A DNA stretch of 63,647 nt, filler included, from Octopus bimaculoides (Eukaryota), in NCBI RefSeq assembly GCF_001194135.2. It is 4 parts of 4 records of this genome, joined end to end, with 100 filler letters (N's around TTAATTAATTAA, not from the genome) between each part and the next. Parts side by side here need not be neighbours in the genome. Positions count along the whole stretch, not along the records: positions 40,549 to 61,851 come from NC_068991.1; positions 61,952 to 63,647 come from NC_068999.1; 2 more parts are not named here. One strand, written 5' to 3'. Positions 61,557 through 63,647 of the stretch are shown in pieces. Position numbers and translations under genes: made by a program. Each line of letters opens with the position of its first letter. Positions within the stretch are counted from its first letter, which is position 1. The notes under the pieces are model-generated. The model saw nothing but the letters and a program-made list of their open reading frames with translations. It made no database searches and was not told where the DNA came from.

Positions 61557-63215
61557 ATAAGGGCATTAACTATATAGTAATGCCTCACGCTTAGAGGGAC
61601 TAAAAAAGTCAAAAACTACCAAAAAATAAGCAACATATGTACCGATAGCGAGGGAATGCAACTTTAAAAAATTAATCTCCTAAAACATTTAACTTAACGG
61701 CAAACCACTGGTTTCTCAATTAATACAGCAAAACTGTGAAGTAAGCTGCATCTTTTGTTCATCAGTACATGTATGGTCGAGACACATAAAAAATAAACAA
61801 AAATCAACATACCACGATGTACCCAACAATAGTACGATGACTTCTGTTCATNNNNNNNNNNNNNNNNNNNNNNNNNNNNNNNNNNNNNNNNNNNNTTAAT
61901 TAATTAANNNNNNNNNNNNNNNNNNNNNNNNNNNNNNNNNNNNNNNNNNNNAAATTTGTATACGCAAATTAAATCACAAAGTACATATCTAAACAAACAA
62001 GAACGGATTTATTCAACAAGTAAATGAATGGAAACTTTACCGGTGAGTGTGTTAAATAATAAGGCACTAAAAGAGAACGACTCTCCCCAGTCACAATATA
62101 TATATAGATATTCGATATAGTTAAAGACAAAGTTGGATTTTACAAGATTTATTTGAATTATCCACGTGAGTTTAACATGTACGTCTCAACTTAGGCGCAG
62201 CGATTGCATAGAATGCATTCCTTTACACGCGAAGTGGAATAACTACAGCTAAGATTTGAAACCGGTTCGCAGATTCGGCACACGAATCTAAATTCGAATT
62301 CCACTCGAATCACCTTTATTTTTGATTCCTTCGTGATTAAAAGTTAAAAAAATAAATAAATAAAAAATAAAAAATAAAACCTCCTTGTAGCCTCCCGGAG
62401 TTTATTAAATGTCTGTCGTAGCCGTCCGTATTACCTTTGCAAACTGCCATTGTGACAAATGAAAAGAATTCCATATATACTATATACAACAAATCGCTGC
62501 TAATCGTAATAAACACGTGTTAAAAAGCCAAAACTAATTGGCTGTACATCTTATATATCAATGACGTTAACACTTGTACAGCAAACAAGGTATTTGGTTG
62601 AAAAGTGCATGATGTAAGATAGTGAGTAATACGCGGTGTAACATCACGTGGTTATTGCTAAGGTTTAAAATGCAAATATTAACTGCAAACGTTTCTAAAT
62701 AAACACAAACACACGAACATTACTCTTCGTTTGCAGATATGGCGTAATTATTATTATTATTATTATCATTATTATTATTATTATTTTGATAGAAAGAACG
62801 AAAAAATAGAAACTAGTAAAAAAAACAACAACAAAAAACAAACAAAACAGGTTTGAAATGAGTGAATTAGGAAGGTAAAGTGAAGAGGTAGGTAGGTAAG
62901 TAGGTAGGTGTAATGTAAGACAGGTGTGGGTGAGTGAGTGAGTGAGTGGAGTATACGTAATGACGACGATATGTGCAGGAGAGTGGTGTTTGCGTTTCGG
63001 GTGTCAGTTTGTTTGTTGTATTACAGTAGTAGATCGCTTTCAGTAAACAACCACAGGAATATACTTCCACCAGCACCGATATTCTTCCCCACCTCGCCAC
63101 GTTTCTCCGCCCACAAAGCAGCATTATTTGCAGAAAGAGAACATATTAATGAAAGACCGTTTGAATTCGCGTAGCAGACTTTGAGGATCAGTGCTGCAAC
63201 ATCTTATATTAATTC

Positions 63216-63385
63216 ATTTACTTGTTTCAGTCATTGATTGATTGACTGCACTGCGGCCATGCTGGGGCACCGCGTTCAAGGGCTTAGTCGAACAGGTCGA
63301 CAAGAGTACGAGTACTTATTTTTAAGCTTCGAACTTATTCTCTCTTCTCTTTCGCCGAACCGCTAACTTACGAGGACGGGTAGGG
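63216..63385 (-). mobile_element. SINE family A 3' half (diverged)
   Basis: ttacttgtttcagtcatt...gcggccatgctggggcaccgc...gccgaaccgctaacttacg. Confidence 0.8.
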
Positions 63386-63437
63386 ACAAAAAACACACAC
63401 AATACACCCACACACACCCACATCATACCACACATAC

Positions 63438-63622
63438 ACAGGGTGCGGAAAAGTTCCTGGATTTGGGTAAAAGAAGGTACAAGAGGATCAGTTAATTATG
63501 ATTTTATTCAACATATTCCCCTCCCAGATTCACACACTATTGCAGCGGTCCTTCAGTTTTTCTAAATCCTGTAAAAGAATTCAGAAAGTTAAAGCCAGGA
63601 ACTTTTCAGCACCCCTTCGTAA
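63438..63622. mobile_element. Mariner-derived MITE, second copy
   Basis: Homologous to 13845-14064 (gggtgcggaaaagtt / aacttttcagcacccc). Confidence 0.75.
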
Positions 63623-63647
63623 TACATACATGTATGTATATATATAT

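Overview
AT-rich, microsatellite-saturated animal genomic DNA with many N gaps, some containing an artificial TTAATTAATTAA linker. The repeat landscape (tRNA-headed SINEs with internal (TA)n/(TG)n, RTE and CR1-like LINE fossils, Penelope-like fossils, mariner/Tc1 remnants) looks like a coleoid cephalopod, most likely an Octopus draft scaffold (inference). Nearly all ORFs in the supplied track are microsatellite or N-gap artefacts. The supportable non-repeat content is a putative minus-strand, multi-exon transcription unit. It has a protein-like 134-aa ORF of unknown family at 52986-53390, well-formed 5'UTR-type exons, paired CRE sites and further candidate exons at about 60.3, 50.0, 30.0, 23.7 and 16.8 kb. 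The most interesting hidden signals are: (i) two minimal hammerhead-ribozyme motifs (12521-12565 and 12927-12975), the second inside a ~520-bp inverted repeat next to a Penelope-like fossil; (ii) pre-miRNA-like hairpins at 50095-50179, 59995-60055 and 16477-16538, each near a candidate minus-strand exon; (iii) a Merlin-like MITE carrying a perfect head-to-head telomeric-repeat palindrome. No CRISPR, rRNA or genuine tRNA genes were seen. All calls were made by eye without computation.
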